Of a stretch of DNA of 64,000 nucleotides, positions 11,815 to 30,174 are shown in pieces. Source of the stretch: the human T2T-CHM13v2.0 reference genome, Homo sapiens; NCBI RefSeq assembly GCF_009914755.1, contig NC_060936.1. The stretch is one strand, 5' to 3'. The notes beneath the pieces were generated by a model. That model was not told the origin of the DNA, searched no databases, and saw only the letters and a program-made list of their open reading frames with translations. Position 1 is the stretch's first letter. Each line of letters opens with the position of its first letter. Position numbers and translations under genes: made by a program.

Positions 11815-14359
11815 TTCTAGTCTCTCAGGGCAATATTTCAGAACAGCCCTCCTTGTATATTTGCCATACCTAGTTCTTTCTTAATTTCTTGACTTAATCG
11901 CTTTGGTAGGCATGTTTGTATAATTAATACTCTAACCCACTGAAATACATCATGATCGACTATCATTCCAGAACACTAAACAATATTAAATGTAAGGATG
12001 GTGCATGTAGCTTCACATGCACAGCTCAGTGAACACTGCTTCAATCATTCCTCCAAGCTTTTCATTATTTCAACCCGGAGTCTACATTCATCTAAGTCAC
12101 TACATGCCTCTATTCAAAATCCATATTTAGTTCACAAAGTAAATATCTGTATAAGTATGAGCAATTTCAAAACCACACAAATGCCACTGTTTTATTCATT
12201 ACAAGTCTTCATGAAATATTGCCCTCAGCAGAAATGAATGAATGTCTTTACCTGAAAAGGAATCAGGAAAAGGAATAGTTTCAGCATTGCCAAAAATGAG
12301 ATAGAAACTTGTCTTATGACAGATAATCCTTAGATTATGAGATAAACTGCCTTCTTCATAATACTCCTGACACTTGTGACACCTTTGACTTTTTAATGTA
12401 GTTCTAATACAAAATGATATCTTAGAAGGGTGTTTCTGAAATTTAATTGTTGGTAAGAGTCAACTAGTGGAAATAACCAGTGCAAGCTCTTCGGCCACAT
12501 CCTAACTAACTGAAGATGGGATCATAATAGCTGTAGTATGAACTCTGCCCACTCCTAAACTCTAGTCACGCCTGGGCGTGCCTGCCAAGCTTTGTAATGG
12601 CTTGCAGAAGCCTGTTTCTAGGAGGCTGAGGAGGTTCCTGGGAGAGAGGCAAAGAAGATAGATCCAGTCACAAATGGTAGATTGGTCTGAATAAGGACTA
12701 ACTTTTTGATTTAAGATGAGAAACTAGAAGAAGGTACAATGAGTGGGCTTTTACACAGAAAGCATTGAGTGAGAGGGTACAAGCGAAAACCAAGCAAATT
12801 AGATGATGTCGCCTCTAGCGACTCAGCAAGAGCAACAGTAGCTGCCCAGTCCTGATACTTCCATCTGTCCTGGAAAATAGCCATTGGGTCCCCTCTGTTC
12901 AGGAGCCAGGCATTTGTAGGCTGGGCCACCCTGGCCCGAGGAACCTGCCAGGACTTGAAATCTATAGAAACAAAAGGCAGTTGTTTTTATACATTAAACA
13001 CAATATCCAAGTCAATAATTGCTGGTTTAAAGTCTAGTGCCCCAATCAGCTGTATATTTAAGGATATTCATACAACAAATTTAGGTGACAGTTTGGTGAC
13101 CCAAAGAAAGGTTTTGTTACCACATTCCAAAGGGGCCTTTTTCCAGAGGCTCTATTGAGACCAAAGGGAGAGGCAGTTTTTGTGATCTCACTGAGTGTAT
13201 TGCTGCGATTTATCTCCAAGCCCAGCCCCCACAACATGAATACTTCAATACTGTTGTGAGGAGAGAACAAAGTAAAGACTGGAAGGGCTATTTCTCTAAA
13301 TTTAAGACATTAGTGCAGTGGCAGCTTGGCCTGAATAGTTCTTTAACAGATTATGACCCCAAAGGAGGCAAGGCGATTACCCACCTCTTTTCCAAGAAAA
13401 CACTGTAAAGTGCAGCTATCTCCTCTCTGGTGGGAGAGAGAAGTACCCATGGAGCATGGTGTTGGCTGGAAGATGCACTGGTAGAAAAGACAGGAGAGAG
13501 TGGCAGTAGCAGACACCAGGAGTGGATTTGTTACTAAGTATAGGTGAGCCATCTACTGGAGGATCCCCAGAAATATTTGTAGGGTGGTGGGGATTTTGTA
13601 GGAGCCTGAAACTTCTACATTAGCAGTTGAGTCTATGAAACATGAATTACAACTGCGTCTTAACACCAGACATGTGTATAAACTGGGAAGATAGGTTAAT
13701 TCTGGTGCTTACAGTCAGTGAAGATGAATTAGCATTCAGAGCGCTTGAGGTTCCTCTTGATGTCTTTGACAAAAACTGCTTGGATCATACTTGAACTGAG
13801 ACATTATAACGCAGAGGTGTTTTTTTGGGGGATTACTAATTGTCTATTATATTTTCAGCACTACCTGGATGCTATAGAGGATGCAAGAGAAATATGACTA
13901 TTCCTGTCCTTAGGGTGTCATGGTCTAGTGGGGGAGATAACACAAGTACACAGGCAACTTAGAAACAAAGTAAAAGTGGGAGTTAGGAAGATGCAGATAT
14001 TTGGTTCATTCTCATAACTGTAATTGCAGTTAGCCCAAGTTGGTGGACCTAAGCTGAATAATTTCCCTGGGCTAACCAGAAATTTTAAAAACCACAGCAG
14101 ATATACAGCTCTCATTTAATCCATCTTCTAAATTCCTTCTTTCTTTACTTGGATTTTATGCTTAACTGTTACTCTGCGTAATCACTGTACAAGTTAAGAC
14201 TTGCTGAGCTTAGTACTACTGTTGCTTACATTGACTCAGCTTCGCATTTACATGGCCAGTGCTTCAACATTTCTTTATGAGTATGCCAACTTCCTGATTT
14301 CACTGCCTTCTGAATCCTTTTGTTGGATAAATTAAATTTATAAACAATAACTTTTATAT

Positions 14360-14700
14360 TATATACCATCGAATCTAAGAAACCATAGATAGTAAAATGT
14401 ACCATTATTTTATGTACCACTAAGAAAAAAACCTGTCACTATACTTCCATATCACTTAGAATTTTAAATTGATACTTATTAAAGGAGATCTCTAAGGCTT
14501 ACTTATACAGAGAATTTTATCATATATCCTCCTTATGCATAATAAAAAGAAACATATAAGCAAAATAAATTGCTTAAGATATTCCTAAAACTTCACATTC
14601 AGAGTCTAACTCTTCCAAGTCACTTTTTAACCAAGAGTTGTTGGTGCTTTTCCACATAATACCTCCTCCGTGCATCAGAAATATTGGTTATGTATCATTA
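14360..14700 (-). mobile_element. Kanga/MER104-like TcMar-Tc2 DNA transposon, 3' end
   Basis: CATCGAATCTAAGA...CCATTATTTTATGTACCACTAAGAAA resembles the Kanga/MER104 terminus; the adjacent minus-strand sequence resembles a decayed pogo-type transposase C-terminus. Confidence 0.65.
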
Positions 14701-14706
14701 CTTCTT

Positions 14707-15330
14707 TTAAAACTTTTTATTGAAGAAAGAGTGCATATTACATGAATGTACAGCTGAACCAGTTATCTCAAGGTAAACATCCATTAAACCACAACCCAGT
14801 CAAGAAAGACAACATCATGAAACATCCAAGGAGCCCCCTTTGCTTCCTCTCAGGCACTATCATTGTTCCTCTACTGCCACTGCCATTAGTATGTCATCAC
14901 AGATTAATATATAGAATAGATTGCTTCTTTGTGGCATTTATATAAATGGAATCATTCAGTATGCATTCCTTTGTGTCTGACATTTTTTGCTTAACATTAG
15001 GTTATGAGCTGTATTCTTGTTGTATGTAGCTTGGTTCATTCATTCTTATTGCTATAAAAGACTTTATTATACGAATATACATAATTTTATTTCTCCATTT
15101 TCCAGGTGATAGAGAATTGAGTTGTTTCCGTTTTATTTTGTTACAGATAATTCCACAATGAACAATCTTTTGCACGTCTCTTTGTAGTGTAGTGTGTGTA
15201 TATATGCACACATATATAGGTATTATTCAAGAGTGGAAATCCTGTGTATTTTCAGCTTTAGTAAATAATGCCAACAGTTTTGCAAAGTGGTTAATAATGC
15301 CAACAGTTTTCCAAAGGGGTTGTGTCGATT
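14707..15330 (-). mobile_element. L1ME/L1MC 3' fragment
   Basis: ATATAAATGGAATCAT...TTTGTGTCTG and TTGAGTTGTTTCC motifs; 29-bp tandem duplication at 15264-15321. Confidence 0.75.
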
Positions 15331-17299
15331 TCCTGTTACAAGAGAGTATCAATTTAATTAAACGATCAGAATTCCTTCAAGTGTGTTATATCAAACGTCA
15401 ATGTCCTGTGAAAACAATCTTGTTATTATTGTTTGACTATTTGGATTTAAATAGACATCTAGGTACCTGTTAAAAGAATGCTAAAAGTGTGAAATATGAG
15501 AATGGCCAGTAACTATTTTTAATTGATGACATATTCAGCTTGGGTTGATGGGTAACTGATCTACTGATGTTCTTATACTAATATAAAAATAATGAGTAGG
15601 AATGGGTCAGGTGTACACACACACACAGGATGGTATACAAGAAATAGCTTGAAGTTAAAGAGGATGAAAAGGATTAAAAGAAGCCTGATCTCTGGCTTTT
15701 AGCCATAGGAAGTAAAATCCAAAGATGGCAAATTTGTTAATTTTCCTCTTTAGATGTATTTTATACACATAGTGTTTTGCCTACTGAATCAAAATCTTAG
15801 GTCATTTCACTTTTGTATTGACTAACATTGAAGCACAATCTAAAGACATCTCTGTGGCAATAGTAACTACTCCCAAAGCAATGTGTGTGCTGAGGAATGG
15901 GGCTGTGGGAGCCTCAGAGGAGGAACTGGAACAATAGAAATAATGTCTAGAGCTGTCATTCTCTAAGGTGACCCTTCTGCATGGTGGAAAATAATTTGCA
16001 AAATGATGGTTTAAGAGACGGCAGCAGTGCTTATCAGTATGTCTTTATTTGACACTGAGGGGAGGAACTTGCTTTTGCCAACTGAGTAGTTGCCAGTGAT
16101 TTTTATTTTAAGTGTATTATATTTGCAGGTACTCTCTTTTCTTCCCCACCCTGCTCATAATTTTGAAATGCTTTTGGTCCTTTGGGTGAGATTAGTGAAG
16201 AAACATTCACAAGAGATCTGGGCATTTGAAGGAGGAAGGCAGCTGAACCTGCAGGATGATCCATTAACAACTGGAAAAATAGCCACCATCCAGGACAGAG
16301 AGGATGTTACAGGAATAATAGGCATCAGACGTTCCCTGTGGTTAAAGGTATTTCCTGTGAGAAAAAAAAAAAAAAGAAGCCTAGTAGTTTTGGAAGGATC
16401 CTCCCTAAAGGGGTGCAAAACTTTTCCTTGCAAGTTGGAAATAGAATGGGTAAAGCAATTTGTTCAAGAAATGGGTCTAAATGCCCTTTCATTTCTCTGT
16501 GCCTTATTTTCCTCAAGCAATCAGTAGTATAAGCAGGTGGAAAGAGCATGCATGTCTTTTGTTATTCACGAGAATTTAAGGTGGTATAATGTCACACGGA
16601 CTCCTTGAAATTAGGGACCATATCCAAAGTTTTTTTTTTTTCTGTATCTTTTACAAATCCTGGCATATAGGAGGCATTTAATAAATAAGTTCTGAATATA
16701 CTATTTTTAACTGACATTTATTCGTAACTTTCTCATAATTCTTTTCTAGGGTATCAACGTACCCTAATATAGCTAGCCAATTTCATTGCCTTGTATCTAT
16801 TATTTTCTACACACTTTCCAAAGAATCAAATGCCTGAATCATTGCACTAGTAAAAGCTTTACCCCAAAGTCATAAACAGTAAAATTTTTAGCAACTGAGC
16901 TATCATTTTGTACTGGGGGATATATGAACCTCACATATGGCAAGATGGACTTTTCTTGGTCTTTTTAGTCCTGTGAGGTTTTTTCCTTTTTTTCTTTTCA
17001 ATCAGTATCTAGAAAAAAAATTACCTTGAAATCTAGATACTTTGAGTTCATGTAATATTTTTATTCCTATTCAGTTCCATCTTCCTTCTGCATTAATTAT
17101 AATGCAATGAAAACTAAATCAATAAGTTTAGTCTCCAGGCAATTAAGAAAGTATCAGTCAATGTAGCTCTAGGTAGAGCCTTTAGTAAACCTGAATCTTT
17201 AAGACCTCTGAACTTTTTTTAAAAAATGAAAAACGTACCCAGTTTTTGAACATTTGTTTTGTTTAATACTGTTTTGTACTGTAGATACAGTACCAATCA

Positions 17300-17969
17300 A
17301 TTTAGCTCAAGGGTCTGTTTGACAAATGTCAGAACCCTGGCGACCATGGTGCATAGAATTATGTCCAAGCTTCACATGTCCACCATGAGGCCATCATATT
17401 TTTGACTGGGGTAGAGTTCTGGAACAGCTCAAGATGGAGTCTCCAAAAAGGTGCCCAGCTTCTGGTCATCACTGAATGTTGTGCCTAAGCCAAAGTCAAC
17501 TATTTTTATGTTGTAGTTGGCATGTAGAAGGAAGTTCTAGGGCTTCGGGTCCCTGTGGATGATTTTCTTTTGGTGGCAGTATTGTACAGCAGATATAATT
17601 TGCCTGAACTTGCTTTGGGCCTCTTCTCCTTCATGGGCCATGTTCTAGGATATAGTCAAAGGGCTCTCCACTGCCATTGGACTCCAGGACTAAATACAAG
17701 GTGTCCATGGTGTTGATCACTTGAAAGAGCTTGATGACATTGGGATGATTTAGAGCCTTCATAATGCTGATCTCTCACTGTACACTCTGGAGGCTGGAGG
17801 ATCTCTGCTGACCTTTCAAGATGACATTCACAGCCACCTGGGTCCCTGTGAGAATGTTCCGGCCCAACTTTACCCTGGTGAAGCTTCCTTGGCTGATTTT
17901 CTTGAGGAGCTTGTAATCCTTAATAAGGGTCTTGTCATCAGCAGAGTTGGAGGCCAAACTGTGTCACAT
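17300..17969 (-). pseudogene. Intronless MARK/SMOK (sperm motility kinase)-like CAMK-group Ser/Thr kinase pseudogene; kinase domain subdomains I-IX, 3' truncated
   Basis: Manual translation: M*HSLASNSADDKTLIKDYKLLKKISQGSFTRVKLGRNILTGTQVAVNVI...[21 protein letters not shown]...[53 protein letters not shown]...PELYPSQKYDGLMVDM*SLDIILCTMV. HRD at 17549-17557, DFG at 17489-17497. Multiple stops and two nearby frameshifts. Confidence 0.93.
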
Positions 17970-18074
17970 AGGTCACTGGCAATAGTGATCTCCTAGCTTT
18001 ACTAACTATAAATTATAACTAGGAATGCTAACTACAACACTAACTATACAAACTATGCCACCTACAAATACTAA

Positions 18075-18172
18075 TGAACACTGTTGGAGTTGCTCTGCTG
18101 ATATTTGTAGATGACCTTTATGGCCACTTTGGTGCTGGTAATAATATGCTGGGCCAACTTCACCTTAGTTGT
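18075..18172 (-). pseudogene. Second diverged fragment of a MARK/SMOK-like kinase N-lobe
   Basis: TKVKLAQHIITSTKVAIKVIYKYQQS aligns to TRVKLGRNILTGTQVAVNVILKGQQR of the neighbouring copy. Confidence 0.8.
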
Positions 18173-18504
18173 ACCTGGGTGCTGGATGATGTCACCAGGA
18201 ATCACCTCTCCCAACCTCTGGCTCTGCCTACTTCCCTGTGTTAGAGACATTCTCAAGCCCTGACCAGATGCTGATCCAGGGATCACCCAAACTGATGACA
18301 TCCCTGTCCTCAAGGAGCTGATACTCTAGCAGGGGCAGACAGGCCGATTGGGAAGATGGACTGAAATTGACAGTGGCTCTTGGGTAGAACAGAGACCCCT
18401 GATGTAACAGATGTATTAGGAGAACATAGAGAACTCAAGAACGAGAATGGAGTCGTTGGACTTCCGAGAAAACTGGAGTCAGCATCTGGCAAGTCACCAG
18501 GAAT

Positions 18505-19506
18505 CAAGTCTGCTGCATTTCTTCCACTGTCCTTGGGCCACATCATCTCTCATCTGCTTCTGTCTGCACATCACTACCTCCTCATATCTTAAAATCTGTT
18601 GGCTCTTCTCCATTTCCATTGCCCTGATCCTAGTCTTAAAGTAGTACTCTTTTATTCTTGCCCAGAAAACTGAAATGGCCTCCTAATTTTTCTCCCCAAA
18701 TCCACTCTCTCATGCCTGTTTTCAATTTATTTTCCTTCTCAATACTAACAGATTGGTAAAAAGTAGAAAATGTTGTCAATTGTTTTCCAGTGCCCTTATG
18801 AGATAGACATCAAAACTTTGACCATGATGTGGAACGGGAATACTGCTCACCCCCTCAGTGCCTTTGGACATACTGCCTTCTTTGTCAGAGGGTCCTGCAG
18901 CCCTATCCTTGCCTTTCTCAGGCATGGGCAAAGGATTAGCTGATGACAAGTGAGGGAGATGTGGGCACACTGTAAACACCAGCACTGTAAGAACCACTTT
19001 TCTTTTCTTACTGCTGTGACCAAGGTGACGTTCCAGATAAAGCCTGCTCAGTGAGCCTGAGTCCAGATCCAAGAGGATGCAGAGCAGAGCAATGGTGGCA
19101 TATAGCATGATAGATGAATTACCCTGACTGTTGACCCCTACTATGTGGGGTCATTTGTTACTCAGCATCACCTAGCCTGCCCTGATTGATGTATGTGGTT
19201 TATGAGCTCTTGCTTTTTGCCCTATCTCTTGCTGAGGACTCTCTGGCTTTTCAGTAGTTTGGTAGTTATACATGTTGCTCTTCCCACCTTAGACATTTCT
19301 CTATGTTATTCTCTTTTGTTGGAAAGTTCTTTACACCATTTTGTTGTAGTTGTTGTTGTTGCTGAGTTCACATTTCCTTACCAGTGAGATCTCAGCTTAA
19401 GTTTGACATTATCAGGAAAGAATTGTCTGGCCTGTGTATAAGGTACCTAGAATTCACTTTCTTTGTCATCATGTCTTTCACTAAACTATAATTTCCATGA
19501 AGTCGA
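18505..19506 (+). mobile_element. L2 fragments with an embedded old MLT1 LTR (~18800-19192)
   Basis: L2-like CTTCTCCATTTCCATTGCC and CTCAGCTTAAGTTTGACA; MLT1 3' end TTTGTTACTCAGCATCACCTAGCCTGCCCTGATTGAT. Confidence 0.55.
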
Positions 19507-19860
19507 TGTATTAGTCTGTTTTCATGCTGCTGATAAAGATATACCCGAGACTGGGCAATTTACAAAAGAAAGAGGTTTAATGGACTTACAGTTCCATGTG
19601 GCTGGGGAAGCCTCACAATCATGGTGGAAGGCAAGGAGGAGCAAGTCATGTCTTACATGGATGGCAGCAGGCAAAGGCAGAACTTGTACAGGGAAACGCC
19701 CCCTTATAGAACCATCAGATCTCATGGGACTTATTCACTATCATGAGAACAGCATGGGAAAGACCTGCCCCCATGATTCAATTACTTCCCACTGGGTCCT
19801 TCCCACAATATGTGGGAAGTCAGGATGAGATTTGGGTGGGGACACAGCCAAACCATATCA
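19507..19860 (-). mobile_element. THE1B-like solo LTR
   Basis: TGTATTAGTCTGTTTTCATGCTGCTGATAAAG...GGGACACAGCCAAACCATATCA. Confidence 0.92.
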
Positions 19861-21029
19861 GACAGAGACCATGTATTTAGCTCAGACTTCTTTGAGGCCC
19901 TGCTTCCTCCCCACTATGGGCCAAGTTCTGTGCTGAGGGCTGGAGGTAATGCAGTGAGTCAGTCATGAGCCCTGCTTTCACAAATCTGTCCCATAAAAGG
20001 AAAGGCAGACATGCAAGCAGCAGGATTTGAACCCACTGTGTGTTCTAACAGGTAATGAGGATAAGTGATGCAGGGCAAAGGGAAGGCAAAGGAGACTGCC
20101 TTGAGAAGGGAGTGTCTAAGAGGGTTTAAAGAGGGAATTGGAATCATCCAGGTAGGGAGCTTGCTGGGATGGCATGGGATGGGGATGAGGGGTTGTAGAG
20201 CAAGGAGACAGGGTGGATAAAGTTTTCAAGGCTTCAGAGAAGATGAGCCTGGGAACAGCAGGGACCAGAGTGAACCTCTGGCATCTTTGTTCTTGAGAAT
20301 CCAAGCATTCTTGCTTCAGTGCCTTTGCAAGTAAAAAGTGGTAGGTGGTGTTTGCACACACTGTGAGAACCAGAACTCTATGTCCTGAACATCTAGAGGA
20401 GGGGTAATTACTTCCCATTGGGGAGGAAGGGAGCTGGGGCAGGAGCAATGGGGAAGATTCTTCTCAGCTGAGGCTATAAGGGAAAGGAAGCTGGGCTGAC
20501 CAGGTTTGGGGAAGAGGAGTAGCTCAGCAGCAAAGGTAGGAGGCCTGCCTCTGCAAAGGTAGTAGAAGGAATGCAGTCTGTTCTGCCTGCTTAGCATAAG
20601 TGGGGGTTAGCTTCCTGGGGACCAGCTGGCTGTGTAAGATCATATCGCACAATGGGGCCATTTTCTGTAGGTCCCCCCTGGATTAGAGGGTGACAATGAG
20701 CCCTGCCTGTCCTCTGTGCTAGTCATACTGTTTTCAAGTGTGGCAGAGTTCACCAGGATAGGGCTGCCAGGAGCTTGTCCACTCAACTGATTGGAATAGG
20801 GAGGCCTGGGCAAATGATAGCTAGACAGTGGGGCTGGGCCAGCTGCAGGAGATGGGAAGCTGCAGAGGTGGGTGATGAAGAAGCTGAGGCTTTACATTTC
20901 CAGGTGTCAGGGTCTCTGGCCTGGGCCAACTCCAAGTCCCATGGACTCCTTCCTGGGGGGCAGCTAGGTGCCTAACGTCTGCTGGCTGAGCTTCCAAACT
21001 CTCAGACTCAAACTGGATGGACTCTCTGG

Positions 21030-21220
21030 ATCAGCAGCTGGGTGTCATTTGGTGTGCCATGGCTGACCCATCAGCCCTGGCAGCCTGCAGTGCCAAGCTG
21101 AGGAGTCCAAAGTTGTCTGTGTGCTCTGTGAGAAAAAGTGCTGTGATCTATTAGCCAGGTCTGCAGTGGGTGATGAAGGCGAGACCTATGATATGTGTGC
21201 CAGCCATTTGTCATCCCTGG
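21030..21220. mobile_element. MER102-like hAT-Charlie relic
   Basis: AGTGCTGTGATCTATTAGC...TGTGCCAGCCATTTGTCATCCCTG resembles the MER102 end. Confidence 0.6.
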
Positions 21221-21429
21221 TAGGGTTTACACCTTTATTTTGTGTATAGAGAAACTGAGGCTCAGAGGGAGGAATGCCTTCTTCCAGTTTGAGGTCCTTC
21301 TGCCTCCCGCTCTAGCCGCCCCACAGCCTTCTGTGTTCCCATAATGATGCATAATGAAGACAGCACTGTTTGTACAGGGAATCCATGCATACTGGATGTG
21401 TCTGGACCTACATTGTATTCCTCCTGTTT

Positions 21430-21910
21430 TTTTTTTTTTTTGTTTGCCTATACCTTCAAATATTTAATGTGTCTTGTACATTATATTTGTGTGTTTTAAA
21501 GGATAATAAAACATCTGTGAACCAACCATTCAGCTCCAGGGCTAGAACATTCCCAATAATTTGCATCCATGTGTTTGCAATTTGTCCTACCCCAGAGGTC
21601 ACTGCAATCTGGAATTTTGTCATTCCCTTGCTCATAGAATTACTATATATGTCCAAAATGTATACGATTTGGTGTTTGTCCAGCTTTATGAAAATGATAT
21701 GCAATATGTAAACTTCTAAGAATTGCATTTTTTTACTCAATATTTTCATGATTCTAAGCTTTATCCATGCTGACGTATGTAGCTATATTTTATTTTTACT
21801 ATTATGAAAATGAATAATGTGAATATTCCACAGTTGGTTTTTGCATTCTATCAATGGATATTTGGGTCATATCCATTATTTTCTATTCTTAACAATGTTG
21901 CTATGAGGAA
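21430..21910 (-). mobile_element. L1ME 3' fragment
   Basis: CCCAGAGGTCACT...GAATTTTGT and ATGGATATTTGGGT motifs. Confidence 0.6.
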
Positions 21911-22344
21911 ATAAAGAAAAGTCATTTGGTGCAAATTACGAATAACTCCAGACCCCTTAAGGACAATACATATTTAAGAGAAGGAAAATGTAGTGCTTTT
22001 GTTGGAAGAGGCCAGCTGCTGGATTTGGTGATGACATATGTAGAAGTGGGCTCCTGTTTAGCAGTTCTGGGGGTGGGGCCTCACAGAATAGACACTGTTA
22101 AGGTTGTCTAACTACAGTACAGTCACCAGTTTTAAAACATTCCCCAGGTGATTCTAAGTAAAGTGTGGCTAACATGGGCATATAATGTAGGTTTTCATAC
22201 TTTCCAAAATATTTTTGGTTTGCCATATGTATACAAGACACTATGTTAACACTGATATTTGGGGAAAATTTTGCAAATTTAATTCAATAAGTACTTATTA
22301 TATATCTACTCTGCTAGGAAGTTCAACGGGGAACCAGTTAGAGG

Positions 22345-22532
22345 ATTCTGTGTCTTAAAATGTGATTCATGCACCACCTGCATCATAATCATATTTTGTT
22401 TTAATGCAGATTCATGAAGTTTAGCCCAGACTCTCTGAATCCAGTATTCCTGTGGATGTGGCCTAGGAATCTGCACATTCAACAGGCATCCTCGGATGCT
22501 CTTTTATACATTAAAGATTGAGAAACATTACT
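22345..22532. mobile_element. MER5A/B hAT-Charlie MITE
   Basis: AATGCAGATTC ... GGCCTAGGAATCTGCACATT internal palindrome and TTGAGAAACATT end. Confidence 0.75.
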
Positions 22533-23023
22533 TCAGGACTTTTTTTATTAAATGAGGTTGTAAAATATTTTATGGAATGCAAGGGAGGAAATAACTTCTT
22601 TCACATAGGGAAGACGGGTAAGGATTCCCAGAAGGGTATGTGAGATTTTAAGCAATGAATGAAATTACTATGGAAAGAATGAAGGAAATTCTAGGAAGAG
22701 GGTGGAGCACGTACAAAAGTAAGGAAGCATAGTCCAGGAAGAGAGAGTGGCTTTCTGTGGGGAAAGGTGACAGAGATGAGAGAGAGAGAGGGAAATGCAA
22801 GAATGGAGAAAAAAGGAGCAGAGTAGGTTGTCACAGTGTTTGGTAAAATAGTGCTCATTGAAGGGCTGAGGGCTGGTTTACAGTCCTCATGTCGACCTCC
22901 TTCAAGTTCCCAACACACTCATGCTGTTCTCTCACTATCCCAAATTTCACTTCTAATCTCTTAATAGTGTCCATGATCTGAATCTGCTTTAATTTCTTCC
23001 TTTTTAAAAAAATGTACCTAGGA

Positions 23024-28670
<5,647 letters not shown>

Positions 28671-29589
28671 AAAATGTATCTGGATTTTGTTTTGTTTCCT
28701 GGGAGCCTTGCCCATTGGATACCCACTGGGAAAATTATTTAACTTCTGCCTAGAGAACAGAGTTAGAATAATAGAACAAATATTATAAGAAGGAAGATTT
28801 ATGTCAGTATCATTCAATCACTCAAAAACATATTTAATGATTTTCTCCTGCTAGACACCAGGAATGTCGTTTGAGTAAGACAGAAATGGATCCTGCCTTA
28901 AGTGTCATACAGTCTAATTGGAGAACTTCCTACAGTTAGAGTCGTCCAATAATGAAATGATATCCCTCCAGAGTTATTAAGATGACCTTGCAACACTGAG
29001 GTGTTCAAGAATAAGCCAGATAATCACCTGTTGGGTTGTTGTAGATAGAAGTCCTGGGAAGTTCCATGTCTTCTAAGGCCTGAAATTAGACCTGAAATTC
29101 TGATCCACTTGAAAGGCCTCAGTAATGTGTCAGTAGTTAGTAGTTTGATTTTAGTGTTAAAGAAAGTTAAGGAATGCTTCTGGATTTTGGTCCTATTTTT
29201 AAAAATACTTAGTTGGAGTCATTGACAAAACAATGCATATGGTCTCTACTGCAATTATAACTACCTAACTTTTCCTTTCTTGCATACTCTCTGTTTGTGC
29301 CCAGACTGCTCAGTATATGTCCAGGTTTCATTTTTTTTCTGCCTATATGACTTGCCTGCTGTTTAAAATTCCTTGCAGTAGTCATGATACAATAGAAAGA
29401 ATGGTCAGGGTTCAAGGATGTCTTCCAAAAGACGTGGGACGCTCAGGATGTTTTTTGAATAGGCTTAGAGTCCAACTGAACTCCAGAGTGGCACAGAACA
29501 CATGCCAGAAAATGCTTCCCTTCATATCTCAGGAAGGCCCTTCCAGCACCATGTTCCGAGATGGCTGCCTTCTGCACCTAAGAGTTGTC

Positions 29590-29740
29590 TGAACTCGAAA
29601 GAATCTCTTAACCTCTCTAAGCTTCAGTTTTATGTCCATAAAATGGAGATAATAGAGATCTGGCTTACCTCACAACTTTGGTGGGAGAATCAACTAAATA
29701 ATGTATTTGAAAATGTTTTATAAGCTATAAAACACTACAG
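29590..29740 (+). mobile_element. MIR fragment
   Basis: CTTAACCTCTCTAAGCTTCAGTTTT...TAAAATGGAGATAATA. Confidence 0.7.
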
Positions 29741-30174
29741 AAACACAAGAGTATCTTTCTTTCAAATTCATATCATAAACTTTTTTAGAACAGGAAGGTT
29801 TGTTAAGAATATTCAAGAGAATGTAAACAACAGATGTATGTGCATGTTTATACCAATAAGAGAAGTGGGCAGAATTTCTTTCTCCCACACCAAGGGAATT
29901 TCCTGATTATTCTTTGGGCTTGGGTTTAATGAATATTATATACTTTGTACGTACCAGTGACGTTTTATAACTTCGAGATGCCTTTGATTAATTAACAAGT
30001 GAAGTGAATAAAGTGAAACGGGGAAGGCCCTCTGGGCTATTTAATTGCTGAAGGATAGAGAGCACACATAGAGCTTGTGTTTCTCATGTGTTGTTCTCAT
30101 AGATGGATCCAGCGATTTTTGTACATGGGAAATAGAACGGTAATGGGAGGTTTGGGGGTAAAGATTCTATAAAG

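Noticed and set aside
12808-12822. GTCGCCTCTAGCGAC as a CTCF site or hairpin
   Set aside because: It mismatches the core GGC positions of the CTCF motif, and 5-bp arms are expected by chance.
16090-16527. 145-aa ORF
   Set aside because: Non-ATG start, poly-Lys from an A-run, no recognisable domain or convincing exon structure.
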